A stretch of DNA of 64,000 nucleotides from an uncultured Gammaproteobacteria bacterium (GCA_964448085.1 CAYUUX010000002.1:30519-94518), one strand, 5' to 3'; numbered from the stretch's first letter, positions 48,479 to 58,530 are shown. Notes: a model not told the origin generated them from the letters alone. Translations and numbers: made by a program.

Positions 48479-49522
48479 ATGTACACTCCAACTTTCTCAA
48501 TCACCAATAAAATCCTGAAATATATTGGTATCATAGAGGCGGCAAAGGAAGTGATTGAGAATGCTCCGTTAGTACCAGCGTGGGAGGCAAAATTTCGTGA
48601 AGAAGCGATCGTTCGAACAGTGCACCATGGTACGCACATTGAAGGAAATGAGCTCAATTTTACGGAAGCGGAAAAAGTATTGGCAGGAGCGAAAATTGTG
48701 GGTCGGGACAGAGATATTCAGGAGGTCTTGAATTATCGGAACGTGTTGAAGTTTATTGAGACTTTTTCAGGAGAAACAATATCGGACGAAACCATCAAAC
48801 ATGTCCATTCACTTGTTGCCGACAGAATTCTTCCCGATGCTGTGGTTGGTGAGTTTCGGAAATCGCAAGTGGTCGTGAAAAACAGTCAAACGGGAGAAAT
48901 TACCTTCCGTCCTCCACCAGCAGTTGAAGTACCATTTTTGATTTCCAATTTCCTGTTGTGGATGAATAACGCCAAGCCGGATGAAGTGCATCCCGCGATA
49001 AAAGCGGGGATAACACATTATGAATTGGTCCGTATCCATCCATTCTTAGATGGGAACGGGAGGGTTGCGCGCGCGATTGCAACGTTAGCGCTTTTCAGAG
49101 ATGGGTACGACATTAAGCGTTTTTTTTCGCTTGAAGAATACTATGACCGTGAACCGGTAAATTACTATGCGGCGTTGCAAAGTGTTGTAAACGAGAATGG
49201 TAACTTGACACACTGGTTGGAATATTTTTCAGAAGGTCTTGCAATAGAACTTACGCGTATTAAAGAAAAGGTGAAATCGCTTTCTACTGATTTAAAAATA
49301 AAAAAGCATTTGGGCGGTCATCAAATGGCCCTTTCCGAAAGGCAAATTAAGATTGTCGAATTTATTCAGGAAAACGGGTTTTTACAAAACAAAGCATTTT
49401 TTGAGTTGTTCCCCATGATTTCCGAAGATACCGTGCTTCGTGAAATAAAGGATTTGATGAAAAAAGGGATTATTCAAAAACAAGGATCGACGAAGGGTGT
49501 GCGATACGTATTGAAAAGTTAA
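48479..49522 (+). CDS. Fic family protein (N-terminal inhibitory motif) with C-terminal wHTH
   Basis: HPFLDGNGRVAR catalytic motif, GTHIEGN inhibitory motif, C-terminal HTH; start ATG 48479. Confidence 0.92.
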   Translation: MYTPTFSITNKILKYIGIIEAAKEVIENAPLVPAWEAKFREEAIVRTVHHGTHIEGNELNFTEAEKVLAGAKIVGRDRDIQEVLNYRNVLKFIETFSGETISDETIKHVHSLVADRILPDAVVGEFRKSQVVVKNSQTGEITFRPPPAVEVPFLISNFLLWMNNAKPDEVHPAIKAGITHYELVRIHPFLDGNGRVARAIATLALFRDGYDIKRFFSLEEYYDREPVNYYAALQSVVNENGNLTHWLEYFSEGLAIELTRIKEKVKSLSTDLKIKKHLGGHQMALSERQIKIVEFIQENGFLQNKAFFELFPMISEDTVLREIKDLMKKGIIQKQGSTKGVRYVLKS

Positions 49523-49530
49523 TTGGATCA

Positions 49531-51258
49531 ATGGTATTTTCCACGCTTGCTACCTATTTTCAAAAACTCGAGAACACGCCGTCACGCATCACGATGACGG
49601 AGATACTTGCTGATCTTTTTTCATCCGCTTCCACAACGGAAATCGGTGAAATTTGTTTTCTTCTTCAAGGGCGGGTTGCGCCGCTTTTCGAACCCGTGGA
49701 GTTTGGTGTCGCTGACAAGCTTATGATTCGTGCCATTACCAGTGCATATTCTTTAAAAGAGGCGCAGGTTATTGCTCTTTTTAAAAAATATGGCGATCTC
49801 GGCATTACTGCGGAAACAATTGCTAAAGAGAAACACCCTTCCGACAAACATACGAGCACAAGCGTACATTCGGTGTTTATAAAACTCCAACAATTGGCCG
49901 GTGAAAAAGGAGCAGGATCTCAAGAACGAAAGAATGCCATTCTTTCCGAACTTTTGTCCGCTTGCGACCCATTATCCGCACGATATCTGGTTCGAATTCC
50001 TTTGGATAAATTACGGCTCGGATTTTCAGACATGACGATGCTTGACGCGTTGTCATGGATGATCACGAAAGACAAATCCAACCGCAGTGCTTTTGAAGCA
50101 GCATATAACGTACGGCCGGATTTGTCCTTTATTGCTACGCTCATCAAAACGCGTGGGCTAGCAGGGGTTTCAGGTATATCGACAAAGGTCGGAGCGCCGA
50201 TTCTTGCAGCATTGTGTCAACGACTGCCCAATGCAAAGGAAATGATTGAAAAGATGGGAGAAGTAGACGTGGAGCCGAAATACGACGGTGTTCGGACACA
50301 GATTCATTTTATAAAACACCCCTCATGGGTGCAAAGCTACTCCCGAAACCTTGAAAACACAACTGCTATGTATCCCGAATTAACCCACATTGCATCCCAA
50401 ATTGATGCCGACGAAGTGATTTTGGATAGCGAAGCGGTGGGGTACGATGAAATCCATAAGAGAGTTATTCCCTTCCAAGAAACCGTTACGAGAAAACGCA
50501 AATACGGTATCCGCGAAGCAAGTGCTACGGTACCGCTTCGCTTTTTTGTCTTTGATATTCTTTCAAAAAACGGGAAAGATCTCATGGGCACGCCGTTGTC
50601 CAAACGAAGAGTAATTTTGGAAAAAACGATACGAACGGGTCGCATTCTTTCTCTTTCACCACACATCGTAACTTCGGATATCGCGACGCTTCGGGAATAT
50701 CAAAAAGAACAAATAGCATTAGGGCTTGAGGGTGTCGTTGTAAAAAAATGGGACAGTCATTATGAGCCTGGTCGTAGAGGCTATACGTGGGTGAAGTTTA
50801 AAGAGGAGGGGAAGGTTGGGAAGCTTGCCGATACCATTGACTGCGTGGTGATGGGGTATTACAAAGGAGAGGGGAAACGGGCAGACTTTGGCATCGGAGC
50901 GTTTCTTGTTGGGGTTTTGGATAAGGAAAATTTTGTGACGGTAACAAAAATCGGAACAGGTGTTTCGGACGAATTATGGAAAATGCTTGCTAAACGGTTT
51001 GCCAAGGAACGTATGGCGCAAAAACCATCCATGTATGGCGATGTTGAAAAGAGTTTGACCCCTGACGTTTGGGTTCAGCCAACCACCGTTGTTGAAATAG
51101 CGGCAGATGACATCACGAAGTCGCCGATTCATAAGGCTGGATACGCGTTGCGATTTCCTAGGTTGGTGCGTATTCGAGAAGATAAATCCATACACGCCAT
51201 TACGTCGACCAAAGAACTACAAACAATGTATAGTAATCAACAGTCCATACGATTATGA
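49531..51258 (+). CDS. lig: ATP-dependent DNA ligase (N-terminal DNA-binding, adenylation and OB domains)
   Basis: KYDG, FDIL, EGVVVK, WVKFK and ALRFPR motifs. Confidence 0.95.
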   Translation: MVFSTLATYFQKLENTPSRITMTEILADLFSSASTTEIGEICFLLQGRVAPLFEPVEFGVADKLMIRAITSAYSLKEAQVIALFKKYGDLGITAETIAKEKHPSDKHTSTSVHSVFIKLQQLAGEKGAGSQERKNAILSELLSACDPLSARYLVRIPLDKLRLGFSDMTMLDALSWMITKDKSNRSAFEAAYNVRPDLSFIATLIKTRGLAGVSGISTKVGAPILAALCQRLPNAKEMIEKMGEVDVEPKYDGVRTQIHFIKHPSWVQSYSRNLENTTAMYPELTHIASQIDADEVILDSEAVGYDEIHKRVIPFQETVTRKRKYGIREASATVPLRFFVFDILSKNGKDLMGTPLSKRRVILEKTIRTGRILSLSPHIVTSDIATLREYQKEQIALGLEGVVVKKWDSHYEPGRRGYTWVKFKEEGKVGKLADTIDCVVMGYYKGEGKRADFGIGAFLVGVLDKENFVTVTKIGTGVSDELWKMLAKRFAKERMAQKPSMYGDVEKSLTPDVWVQPTTVVEIAADDITKSPIHKAGYALRFPRLVRIREDKSIHAITSTKELQTMYSNQQSIRL

Positions 51259-52193
51259 TTGCGTTGTACATTCTCGCATTTATCCTTTCCGGCGTTGTAC
51301 TTGCTGTGTGTGCTAATTGGGTTGTTCGTTCTGTTTCCTATTTTTCTCAGGCGCTTCACGTTAAAAGTTTTCTCTTGGGATTTTTGCTTCTGGGTGTTGC
51401 GACGACGATTCCCGAGATGTTTGTTGCATATCAGTCGGTGCACGATGGTGTTCCCCAATTGGCCGTCGGGAACTTGCTTGGTGGATCCATTCTCCTTTTA
51501 TCCTTTGTGATGGGAACGAGCGCAATTTTTCTCAAACGGATTGTGTTGGATCACGGGATGAGAACCATGGATATCGGCATTTCGTCTTTGGTGGTTTTTG
51601 CCCCCGCTATTATGTTGTGGGATGGCACTCTATCACGTGCGGAGGGTGCACTTCTTGTTATCGTCTACCTTATTCATATTTTTCTTATCAACAAGGAACA
51701 ACAATTGGTCGGCCATATCGAAGAGCACGCACACCACGTCAAACATGGAGGCCACGCAATTTTTTTGAGCATCGTTGGGCTTGCAGGTATGGCGATTGCT
51801 TCGCGATCAATAGTAACGATTGGGGAGCACGTAGTCCAATTGGTTCACATGCCGACATTTGTTGTCGGATTGTTTTTGATAACATTTGGAACAAACCTTC
51901 CAGAAATCTCTCTTGTGGTTGAGGCGGTAATCAAAAAAAAGCGTGATATTGCATTCGGGGATATTCTTGGATCCAGCGTTATCAATACGCCGATATTGGG
52001 TATTATTGGTTTGTTAGCTCCGTTTACCATTGCCGATCATGAACGTATACGCGTTACCCTTCTGTTACTGGCGCTCGTTGCACTCTTTTTTTATTGGGCG
52101 GCGTCCAGCAAACGCGATGTCACGCGCAAAGAAGGATTTGTGTTACTGGTGGTGTACGGGTCATTTGTGTTGTTTGAAATGATGCATATATAG
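51255..52193 (+). CDS. Sodium:calcium antiporter (CaCA/YrbG family)
   Basis: Alpha repeats ATTIPE and GTNLPE; GNLLG and GDILGS. Confidence 0.88.
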   Translation: MIALYILAFILSGVVLAVCANWVVRSVSYFSQALHVKSFLLGFLLLGVATTIPEMFVAYQSVHDGVPQLAVGNLLGGSILLLSFVMGTSAIFLKRIVLDHGMRTMDIGISSLVVFAPAIMLWDGTLSRAEGALLVIVYLIHIFLINKEQQLVGHIEEHAHHVKHGGHAIFLSIVGLAGMAIASRSIVTIGEHVVQLVHMPTFVVGLFLITFGTNLPEISLVVEAVIKKKRDIAFGDILGSSVINTPILGIIGLLAPFTIADHERIRVTLLLLALVALFFYWAASSKRDVTRKEGFVLLVVYGSFVLFEMMHI

Positions 52194-52200
52194 CCGTATA

Positions 52201-53037
52201 ATGCGTCAAGCTATGGGAAAACCATTTATTTCCGTTATCATCCCGGCATTAAATGAAGAAAAATTCATCGCAGGACTTCTTTCGAGTTTAAGTACGCAAC
52301 ATAGTCGAGATTTCGAAGTAATCGTGGTGGACGGTCGCTCCAAGGATAAAACCGTTGAGGTAGCGCGCAGATTTGCATCCAAGCTTCCCTCTCTTTCCGT
52401 CATTGTGGCGGATCATGCAAGTTTACCGTTTCAGCGAAATATTGGGGCAGATGCTGCACGGGGGCAATGGCTGGTTTTTATTGATGCGGATGTTGTCTTG
52501 TATAGCTATTCTCTCGAGCGTCTGCACGCATACTTACGTGCTTCGGACAGTTCCTTTGTTACTTCATGGTTTAGTCCAGATAGCGAGGATATCAATGATG
52601 TCCGTCTAACGCTGTTTGCCATCTTTTTCTATGAGTTATCAAAAAATTTGAAGCGCGCAATTTCTCCCGGTCCTTTTACCGTTGTCCAACGAGACGCATT
52701 TGATATTGTTGGAGGATATGATGTGGAACATCCATTTTTGGAGGATCAGGACTTTTCCCAACGGATGGCAAAAGCTGGGTATACACTTTCGATTGTTCGC
52801 GAATCCCTCTATATTTGGTCGCTTCGAAGATACAGAAAAGAAGGGACGAGGAAGGTATTTCAGGCCTATACAAAAGCGTTATTACCTATTCTTTTTACAA
52901 AGACGGTACCAAAGAATATGAAGGGATACCAAATGGGTGGTCATGTATTTTCTAAAAAGAAAAAGAATGTGCACACGCCCTTCATTAAACAGACAGAGCG
53001 TAAAATGAAGCAGTTGATGCAGGATATATTTGAATAG
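52201..53037 (+). CDS. Glycosyltransferase family 2
   Basis: SVIIPALNEE, VDGRSKD, FIDAD and LEDQD motifs. Confidence 0.9.
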   Translation: MRQAMGKPFISVIIPALNEEKFIAGLLSSLSTQHSRDFEVIVVDGRSKDKTVEVARRFASKLPSLSVIVADHASLPFQRNIGADAARGQWLVFIDADVVLYSYSLERLHAYLRASDSSFVTSWFSPDSEDINDVRLTLFAIFFYELSKNLKRAISPGPFTVVQRDAFDIVGGYDVEHPFLEDQDFSQRMAKAGYTLSIVRESLYIWSLRRYRKEGTRKVFQAYTKALLPILFTKTVPKNMKGYQMGGHVFSKKKKNVHTPFIKQTERKMKQLMQDIFE

Positions 53038-53038
53038 T

Positions 53039-54370
53039 ATGCAGATGCTTGCCGATCTTCATATCCACTCGCGATTTTCCCGTGCGGTTTCCCGGGAGAT
53101 GACCATTCCCACCATAGCAACATGGGCAAAGAAAAAAGGTATTGGCTTAGTTGCAACAGGTGATTGGACACATCCGTTGTGGCTTAATGAAATCGAAAGT
53201 CAGTTAGAGGAAACAGGAGAAGGTTTTTTGCACCTGCGGAAGCATAATGAAACTGACCATATTAGTCAGCCGTTGTTTCTTCTTTCAACCGAACTGTCTT
53301 GCATTTTTTCCCAGGGAGGCAAAACACGTCGGGTACATACTATGGTGTGGGTGCCAACCATTGCAAGCGCGCGTAAAATCAGTCAGGAAATAACGAAGCG
53401 AGGCGGTAATGTGCTTTCAGATGGCCGTCCAATCTTGGGTTTTTCATTGATACAACTTGCGGATCTTATCCTATCGACAGAACCGAATGCACTTATTGTG
53501 CCTGCACACATCTGGACTCCGTGGTTTTCGGTGTATGGCGCCATGGGAGGATTTTCCACTCTTGCGGAAGCCTTCGGTCCTTTTGCCAAGCATATTTATG
53601 CTGTTGAGACGGGATTGTCCAGTAGTCCTGATATGAATTGGCGGATACAAGAGCTGAAAACGCGATCTATTGTGTCGTTTTCAGATGCGCACAGTGCACC
53701 CAAATTAGGTCGTGAGGCAACGCTTTTTTCTTTGCCGAAAGCCACCTTTCCCATGCTTCGCGAGGCGTTGATGAACTACGCAAACGACCAGACAGAAGCC
53801 CATATTGTTTCCACGATGGAATTTTATCCCGAGGAAGGAAAATATCATTATACGGGACACCGGGACTGTCATGTGCGATTGACACCGAAGGACGCTGTTG
53901 CAAAAGGCGCCGTCTGTTCTGTGTGTGGAAAACCATTAACGCAAGGTGTGATGCAGCGCGTTGAAGAGCTTGCATCCATTGGGGAAACGGGAGCGTGGGA
54001 TATGAAAAATGGCGTACGGTGGAGAAAAAGCGCAGATGGAACCAGGCCGCCGTTTGTCATGCTGGTCCCGCTACAAGAGATAATCAGTGAAGCAATTGGA
54101 AGTCCTGTGACAAGTCCGAAGGTTGCAGTGCATTTTGAACGACTTACTAAGGAGCTTGGCGGAGAATTTTCTGTATTGCTTGACAAAACGATAGAGGATA
54201 TCGCGCGATATTCTACACCACAGATAGCAGACGGCATATGGAAAGTTCGATCTGGCGATATCGTCATTGACCCTGGATACGATGGAGTATTCGGGGTGGT
54301 GAAAATTTGGAAAAGCGATGCGGATAAGGCCCTGGTTTCTGCAACTGGGGAACAAATGGGAATTTTTTGA
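53039..54370 (+). CDS. Endonuclease Q family PHP-domain protein
   Basis: ADLHIHSRFS, PAHIWTPW, ETGLSS, SDAHS, GKYHYTGH, CSVCG and PGYDGVFG motifs. Confidence 0.85.
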   Translation: MQMLADLHIHSRFSRAVSREMTIPTIATWAKKKGIGLVATGDWTHPLWLNEIESQLEETGEGFLHLRKHNETDHISQPLFLLSTELSCIFSQGGKTRRVHTMVWVPTIASARKISQEITKRGGNVLSDGRPILGFSLIQLADLILSTEPNALIVPAHIWTPWFSVYGAMGGFSTLAEAFGPFAKHIYAVETGLSSSPDMNWRIQELKTRSIVSFSDAHSAPKLGREATLFSLPKATFPMLREALMNYANDQTEAHIVSTMEFYPEEGKYHYTGHRDCHVRLTPKDAVAKGAVCSVCGKPLTQGVMQRVEELASIGETGAWDMKNGVRWRKSADGTRPPFVMLVPLQEIISEAIGSPVTSPKVAVHFERLTKELGGEFSVLLDKTIEDIARYSTPQIADGIWKVRSGDIVIDPGYDGVFGVVKIWKSDADKALVSATGEQMGIF

Positions 54371-54437
54371 TCGGTTCTTATTGACCTTGAAAAAGTAATC
54401 GTGATACGCTGGTAATAAGAAAGCGAGGTGAAACATT

Positions 54438-54770
54438 ATGGCACAGTCAAAACAAAGCAATGAAAATCTGATGGGAGCAGCTGCATATTTGTTGGCATTC
54501 GTGACAGGAATCATTTTCCTCATCGTGGAAAAGGAAAGCAAATTTGTCCGGTTTCATGCAATGCAATCAACGATTTTGTTCGGCGGTATTTTTATCGCGA
54601 ACATCATATTAGGATTCATTCCGATACTTGGTTGGCTTGTTGGGCTTTTACTGTCTTTCGCATCATTTATCCTGTGGATTATTTGTATGTGGAAAGCATT
54701 CCAAGGAGAGATGTATAAAGTACCATATATCGGTAAGCTTGCTGAACAGCAATTGCAGAAAATGAAATAA
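54438..54770 (+). CDS. DUF4870-type small membrane protein
   Basis: FVRFHAMQS and KAFQGEMYKVPYIG motifs; GAGGTG RBS. Confidence 0.8.
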   Translation: MAQSKQSNENLMGAAAYLLAFVTGIIFLIVEKESKFVRFHAMQSTILFGGIFIANIILGFIPILGWLVGLLLSFASFILWIICMWKAFQGEMYKVPYIGKLAEQQLQKMK

Positions 54771-54799
54771 TGGATATCGCGCGATATCTATATCTATTG

Positions 54800-54831
54800 A
54801 CACCACTTGTCATGTGTACAGGTGGTGTTTA
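54800..54831 (+). terminator. Possible intrinsic terminator
   Basis: ACACCACTTGT/ACAGGTGGTGT stem after the DUF4870 gene; weak U-tract. Confidence 0.35.
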
Positions 54832-54888
54832 TAGTATGAGCTGCATAGTGATTGGTACAGACGTGTTTTGTAAGGAAAGGAGCGCTGC

Positions 54889-55515
54889 ATGAAACTCATC
54901 GTTGGACTTGGAAATCCGGGAGCTGAATATCAGGATACCCGACACAACCTCGGTTTTATGGTTATTGAGAAGCTTGCAAAAGAACTTGCATCGGAGGAAA
55001 TTTCATGGAAGGAAGAAGACAAATTTAAAGCGTTGGTTGCAAAAATTGGCGATGTGGTTTTAGTTAAGCCCATCACGTTCATGAACAGCTCTGGCGTAGC
55101 TGTGGCTTCTATAATGCGGTATTTTAAGCTGGATCCGTCCGACGTTTGGGTGATACATGACGACATTGACTTGCCGCTTGGAAAAATACGAATACGCGAA
55201 AAGGGAAGCAGCGCAGGTCACCGGGGTATTGAATCCATCATTGCAGAATTGAAGACTGACGTATTTGTTCGGTTTCGCCTTGGTATAGGGCGCGGAAAGC
55301 TGTTTTCTAAAGGAGACAGCGATACGACAACGATAGAAAAAGGCATTGCGGGGCGATCACATCATGGGCGACACCATTGGGATATTTCCTTCGTGCTTTC
55401 CCGATTTACCCAAAGTGAAGCAGGTGCATTAAAGCACCTGATAAAAAACGGAACCGAGGCAGTGCGAATAGCTATCACTGCAGGTACGGATAAGGCGATG
55501 GCGAGATTTAATTGA
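54889..55515 (+). CDS. pth: Peptidyl-tRNA hydrolase
   Basis: LIVGLGNPG, TRHNLG, KPITFMNSSG, HDDID and GHRG motifs. Confidence 0.95.
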   Translation: MKLIVGLGNPGAEYQDTRHNLGFMVIEKLAKELASEEISWKEEDKFKALVAKIGDVVLVKPITFMNSSGVAVASIMRYFKLDPSDVWVIHDDIDLPLGKIRIREKGSSAGHRGIESIIAELKTDVFVRFRLGIGRGKLFSKGDSDTTTIEKGIAGRSHHGRHHWDISFVLSRFTQSEAGALKHLIKNGTEAVRIAITAGTDKAMARFN

Positions 55516-55522
55516 TGCGTAT

Positions 55523-55786
55523 ATGCAAAAAATCAGTGACATTTTGCAGACGTTCAATCCCATTGAGGATAAATATATATCCCGTGAATTTCAAAAATAC
55601 GGTATCTATCTTGCTGAGACGCTTGATGACTATGCACACAAGTCCTTGTATATCCGGCTTGCCAAAACGGTTCCGAGAGCAATTCTGGAAAAAGCCCTGA
55701 CATTTGTAAAAGATGCGAATGCAACAAGTAAAGCCCGATTGTTCATGTGGAAAATGAAAGAGCTGCGAAAAGGTGTCGGTTTATGA
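55523..55786 (+). CDS. Hypothetical protein (87 aa)
   Basis: Fills the gap between pth and acyP; its stop overlaps the next start (ATGA). Confidence 0.7.
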   Translation: MQKISDILQTFNPIEDKYISREFQKYGIYLAETLDDYAHKSLYIRLAKTVPRAILEKALTFVKDANATSKARLFMWKMKELRKGVGL

Positions 55787-56067
55787 AATCGGAGGAAAGA
55801 CAAACCATTCGTCTCGTTATTTCCGGTCGCGTTCAGGGGGTTGGATACCGCGCATGGATCGCGAAAGAAGCGCGCCGTCTTGGTATTACGGGTTGGGTAA
55901 AAAATCGGGAGGATGGAAGTGTAGAGATCGTCGCAACAGGAACACATGCAATGCTATCGTCCCTTGTACGACTTGCATGGAAAGGGCCAATGCTTACGGT
56001 TGTTGACAGCGTTGAAACGCGTCCAATTGAGCTCCAGGATTTTCCACAATTTCGCGTGATACAATAA
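55783..56067 (+). CDS. acyP: Acylphosphatase
   Basis: GRVQGVGYR and GWVKNREDGSVE motifs. Confidence 0.93.
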   Translation: MKSEERQTIRLVISGRVQGVGYRAWIAKEARRLGITGWVKNREDGSVEIVATGTHAMLSSLVRLAWKGPMLTVVDSVETRPIELQDFPQFRVIQ

Positions 56068-56071
56068 TGGT

Positions 56072-56539
56072 ATGCAGGGTATTCTCCGTATCTTTCAGAA
56101 GAAGCCACGTTTTTTTGTCGCGTTAACGATTGGATATGTTGTCTGTGTTATCGTGGCGCGTTGGAATATGTACATACAATGGGAAACTGTGTGGTTTATT
56201 GCAGGAAGTATGATCGGCACATTTCTTTTGGAAGCAGCGGAGGAATTTTTTCATCTCCAACCCTCGCCCGTGCGAACCATTGTTTTTGTTGTACTCCTTG
56301 CCGCCTTAAGTTTTTTTATCATCACATCATCCGGAAGCGTGTTTGCATCCGGCATCGTGCTTTGTATATTTTTGACGTTATTGTGTTGGCAGATCGGAGA
56401 ATGGAGGATCGCGGGTAACTTGGACAGATGGTACCAAATGCTTGCGGATCCAGTGTCCGTGCGCACCCAAAAACTTCTTACTGCATGTTTTATTGCGATA
56501 TTTCTTGTTGAAACACTACTTTTTATTCAGGGAGCATAG
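56072..56539 (+). CDS. Hypothetical membrane protein
   Basis: 4-5 hydrophobic segments; operonic spacing. Confidence 0.7.
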   Translation: MQGILRIFQKKPRFFVALTIGYVVCVIVARWNMYIQWETVWFIAGSMIGTFLLEAAEEFFHLQPSPVRTIVFVVLLAALSFFIITSSGSVFASGIVLCIFLTLLCWQIGEWRIAGNLDRWYQMLADPVSVRTQKLLTACFIAIFLVETLLFIQGA

Positions 56540-56541
56540 GT

Positions 56542-57033
56542 ATGATTCGTCATGAAAGTCCTGTGTGGAACTATCTCTCGACTGAGCAGCGGATTTTAGC
56601 GGACGACGGTGCGTTTCTTATAGAAGACAGTGCACTTCACCGTGATGCAGAGCCGACTGATTATTCCTACCTTGTTTTTCCGTTTGCCAAACTCTATGAG
56701 GGATTTCTCAAAGATGTTTTTTTGGATCTTACGATCATTTCCAAGCAAGATTACGCAAGCGGAAGATTCCGTATAGGGAAAGTATTAAATCCTAATATTG
56801 TCAAACAACTCCATGGGAAAAGCGCGTATGGACAACTTTGCAATCGATATGGACAAGAGCTTGCAGATTTGGTGTGGCACGCGTGGAAAGAGGGAAGAAA
56901 TCTTGTCTTCCATTATTTTCCCGGTAATTTTCGCATGCTCTCTCGGGATAGGGCTCTTGAGACCGTTGCGCTTCTCATACAGGCGATGGAATCGTTGCTT
57001 CGGCAAACAGGCGTTTCTCGATTGGGGGGTTAG
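56542..57033 (+). CDS. HEPN-domain protein, RnlA (RNase LS) C-terminal-like
   Basis: DYSYLVFPFAKLYEGFLK and RNLVFH (Rx4H) motifs. Confidence 0.6.
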   Translation: MIRHESPVWNYLSTEQRILADDGAFLIEDSALHRDAEPTDYSYLVFPFAKLYEGFLKDVFLDLTIISKQDYASGRFRIGKVLNPNIVKQLHGKSAYGQLCNRYGQELADLVWHAWKEGRNLVFHYFPGNFRMLSRDRALETVALLIQAMESLLRQTGVSRLGG

Positions 57034-57072
57034 GATAACAATTGACATGGATATCTGTGTTACCATATTCGT

Positions 57073-57753
57073 ATGAGGAAAAAAAATTCATCAAAAATGC
57101 AAGAGAAACCACGAACTGCGGAATGGATATTTCAATTTTGGGCATGGCAACTTTTATTATGGACGTTGTATCGGTACTACCTGCATTACCCCGAGTGGGT
57201 AGATGAGTTTCTTTTTAAACCTGCAGTTTTTGTTGTACCGGTTCTCTGGTATGTTCTGGTAAAAGAAAAGCGGTCGCTTACAACAGTTGGCATAACGGGA
57301 AAAAGGATCGGTTCAAGCGCGTTGTTGGGTGTTGGGATTGGGATCGCGTTTTTGCTTGAGGGATTGTTTGTCCACTTGGTATCACGCGGATCGCTGACAT
57401 TGCAGCAGTTACCAAGTGTTTCCTCATATTCATTCGGTGCGTTGATTGCCTTGTCATTTGCGACAGCTTTTTCCGAAGAACTTCTGAGTCGTGGATTTCT
57501 ATTTTCTAGACTCTATGAACAAACGAAACGCATATGGTACTCGATTGTGCTGTCCACACTGATGTTTGTTGCTTTTCACATACCCATCCTTATTACTTCA
57601 TTGAAGTTTCAGGGGGCAACACTAGTGATATTTTTGGTAACCAGCATGACCATCGGTATAATCAACAGCGTTTTATTTTTGGAAAAAAAGAGCATCATTA
57701 CACCACTTCTCGTGCACTTTTTTTGGAATATAACCGTGGCACTTTTCTTATAG
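57073..57753 (+). CDS. CPBP (CAAX/Abi) intramembrane metalloprotease
   Basis: EELLSRG, FVAFH and HFFWN motifs. Confidence 0.9.
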   Translation: MRKKNSSKMQEKPRTAEWIFQFWAWQLLLWTLYRYYLHYPEWVDEFLFKPAVFVVPVLWYVLVKEKRSLTTVGITGKRIGSSALLGVGIGIAFLLEGLFVHLVSRGSLTLQQLPSVSSYSFGALIALSFATAFSEELLSRGFLFSRLYEQTKRIWYSIVLSTLMFVAFHIPILITSLKFQGATLVIFLVTSMTIGIINSVLFLEKKSIITPLLVHFFWNITVALFL

Positions 57754-57760
57754 CAAAGCG

Positions 57761-58522
57761 TTAGCTTGCCGTCCACCCACCATCGATATAGAACGTTGCT
57801 CCCGTTGTATAGCTTGCTTCATCGGACGCAAGGTACACGACGGTTGCCGCAATTTCCTCTGCTTTTCCAAAACGCTTCATCGGAATACGGGCAATGAGTG
57901 CGTTGTAAAAGTCGGGCATTTCCTGTATGGACGCCGTCATTTCTGTTTCAATGAACCCCGGCCCAATGGCGTTTGCTGTTATGCCCAGTGGTGCAAATTC
58001 GTCGGCAAGCGCTTCAGTCATCGCAACCACACCACCTTTGGAAGCGCAGTAATTGACTGCACCAGCCATGCCGCTCCCCACACCTCCGGAAAGGATGGAT
58101 GCAATGCTGATAATGCGTCCAAATTTGTTTTTTGCCATTTCCTTTGCCGCTAGCTGCGACATAAAGAAATAGGATTTGAGGTTCGTATCAACAACCTTGT
58201 CCCACATGTCCTCAGGCATTTCCAGTGTCGTTGACAATGCACCAACGCCCGCGTTGTTGAGAAGAATATCCAATTTTCCAAACGCCTTTACAGTTTGGGC
58301 AACTGCGTTTGTTATATCCTGCAGTTTCAAAACGTCGGTTGGAATAACGAGTGATTTTCCTCCAGCGGCTTCAATTTCTTTGGCAAGCGTTTCTAATTTC
58401 TCCACGCGTCTTGCGCACAGTGCAACCGATGCCCCTTGTTTAGCAAGGGCTAGTGCGGACGCACGGCCAATACCGCTGGAAGCACCAGTTACGAGCGCAA
58501 CTTTTCTTGATAAATTAAACAT
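57761..58522 (-). CDS. Short-chain dehydrogenase/reductase (FabG-like)
   Basis: TGASSGIG, NNAG, YCASK and PGFIET motifs. Confidence 0.92.
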   Translation of the reverse strand: MFNLSRKVALVTGASSGIGRASALALAKQGASVALCARRVEKLETLAKEIEAAGGKSLVIPTDVLKLQDITNAVAQTVKAFGKLDILLNNAGVGALSTTLEMPEDMWDKVVDTNLKSYFFMSQLAAKEMAKNKFGRIISIASILSGGVGSGMAGAVNYCASKGGVVAMTEALADEFAPLGITANAIGPGFIETEMTASIQEMPDFYNALIARIPMKRFGKAEEIAATVVYLASDEASYTTGATFYIDGGWTAS

Positions 58523-58530
58523 ACGCCTCC

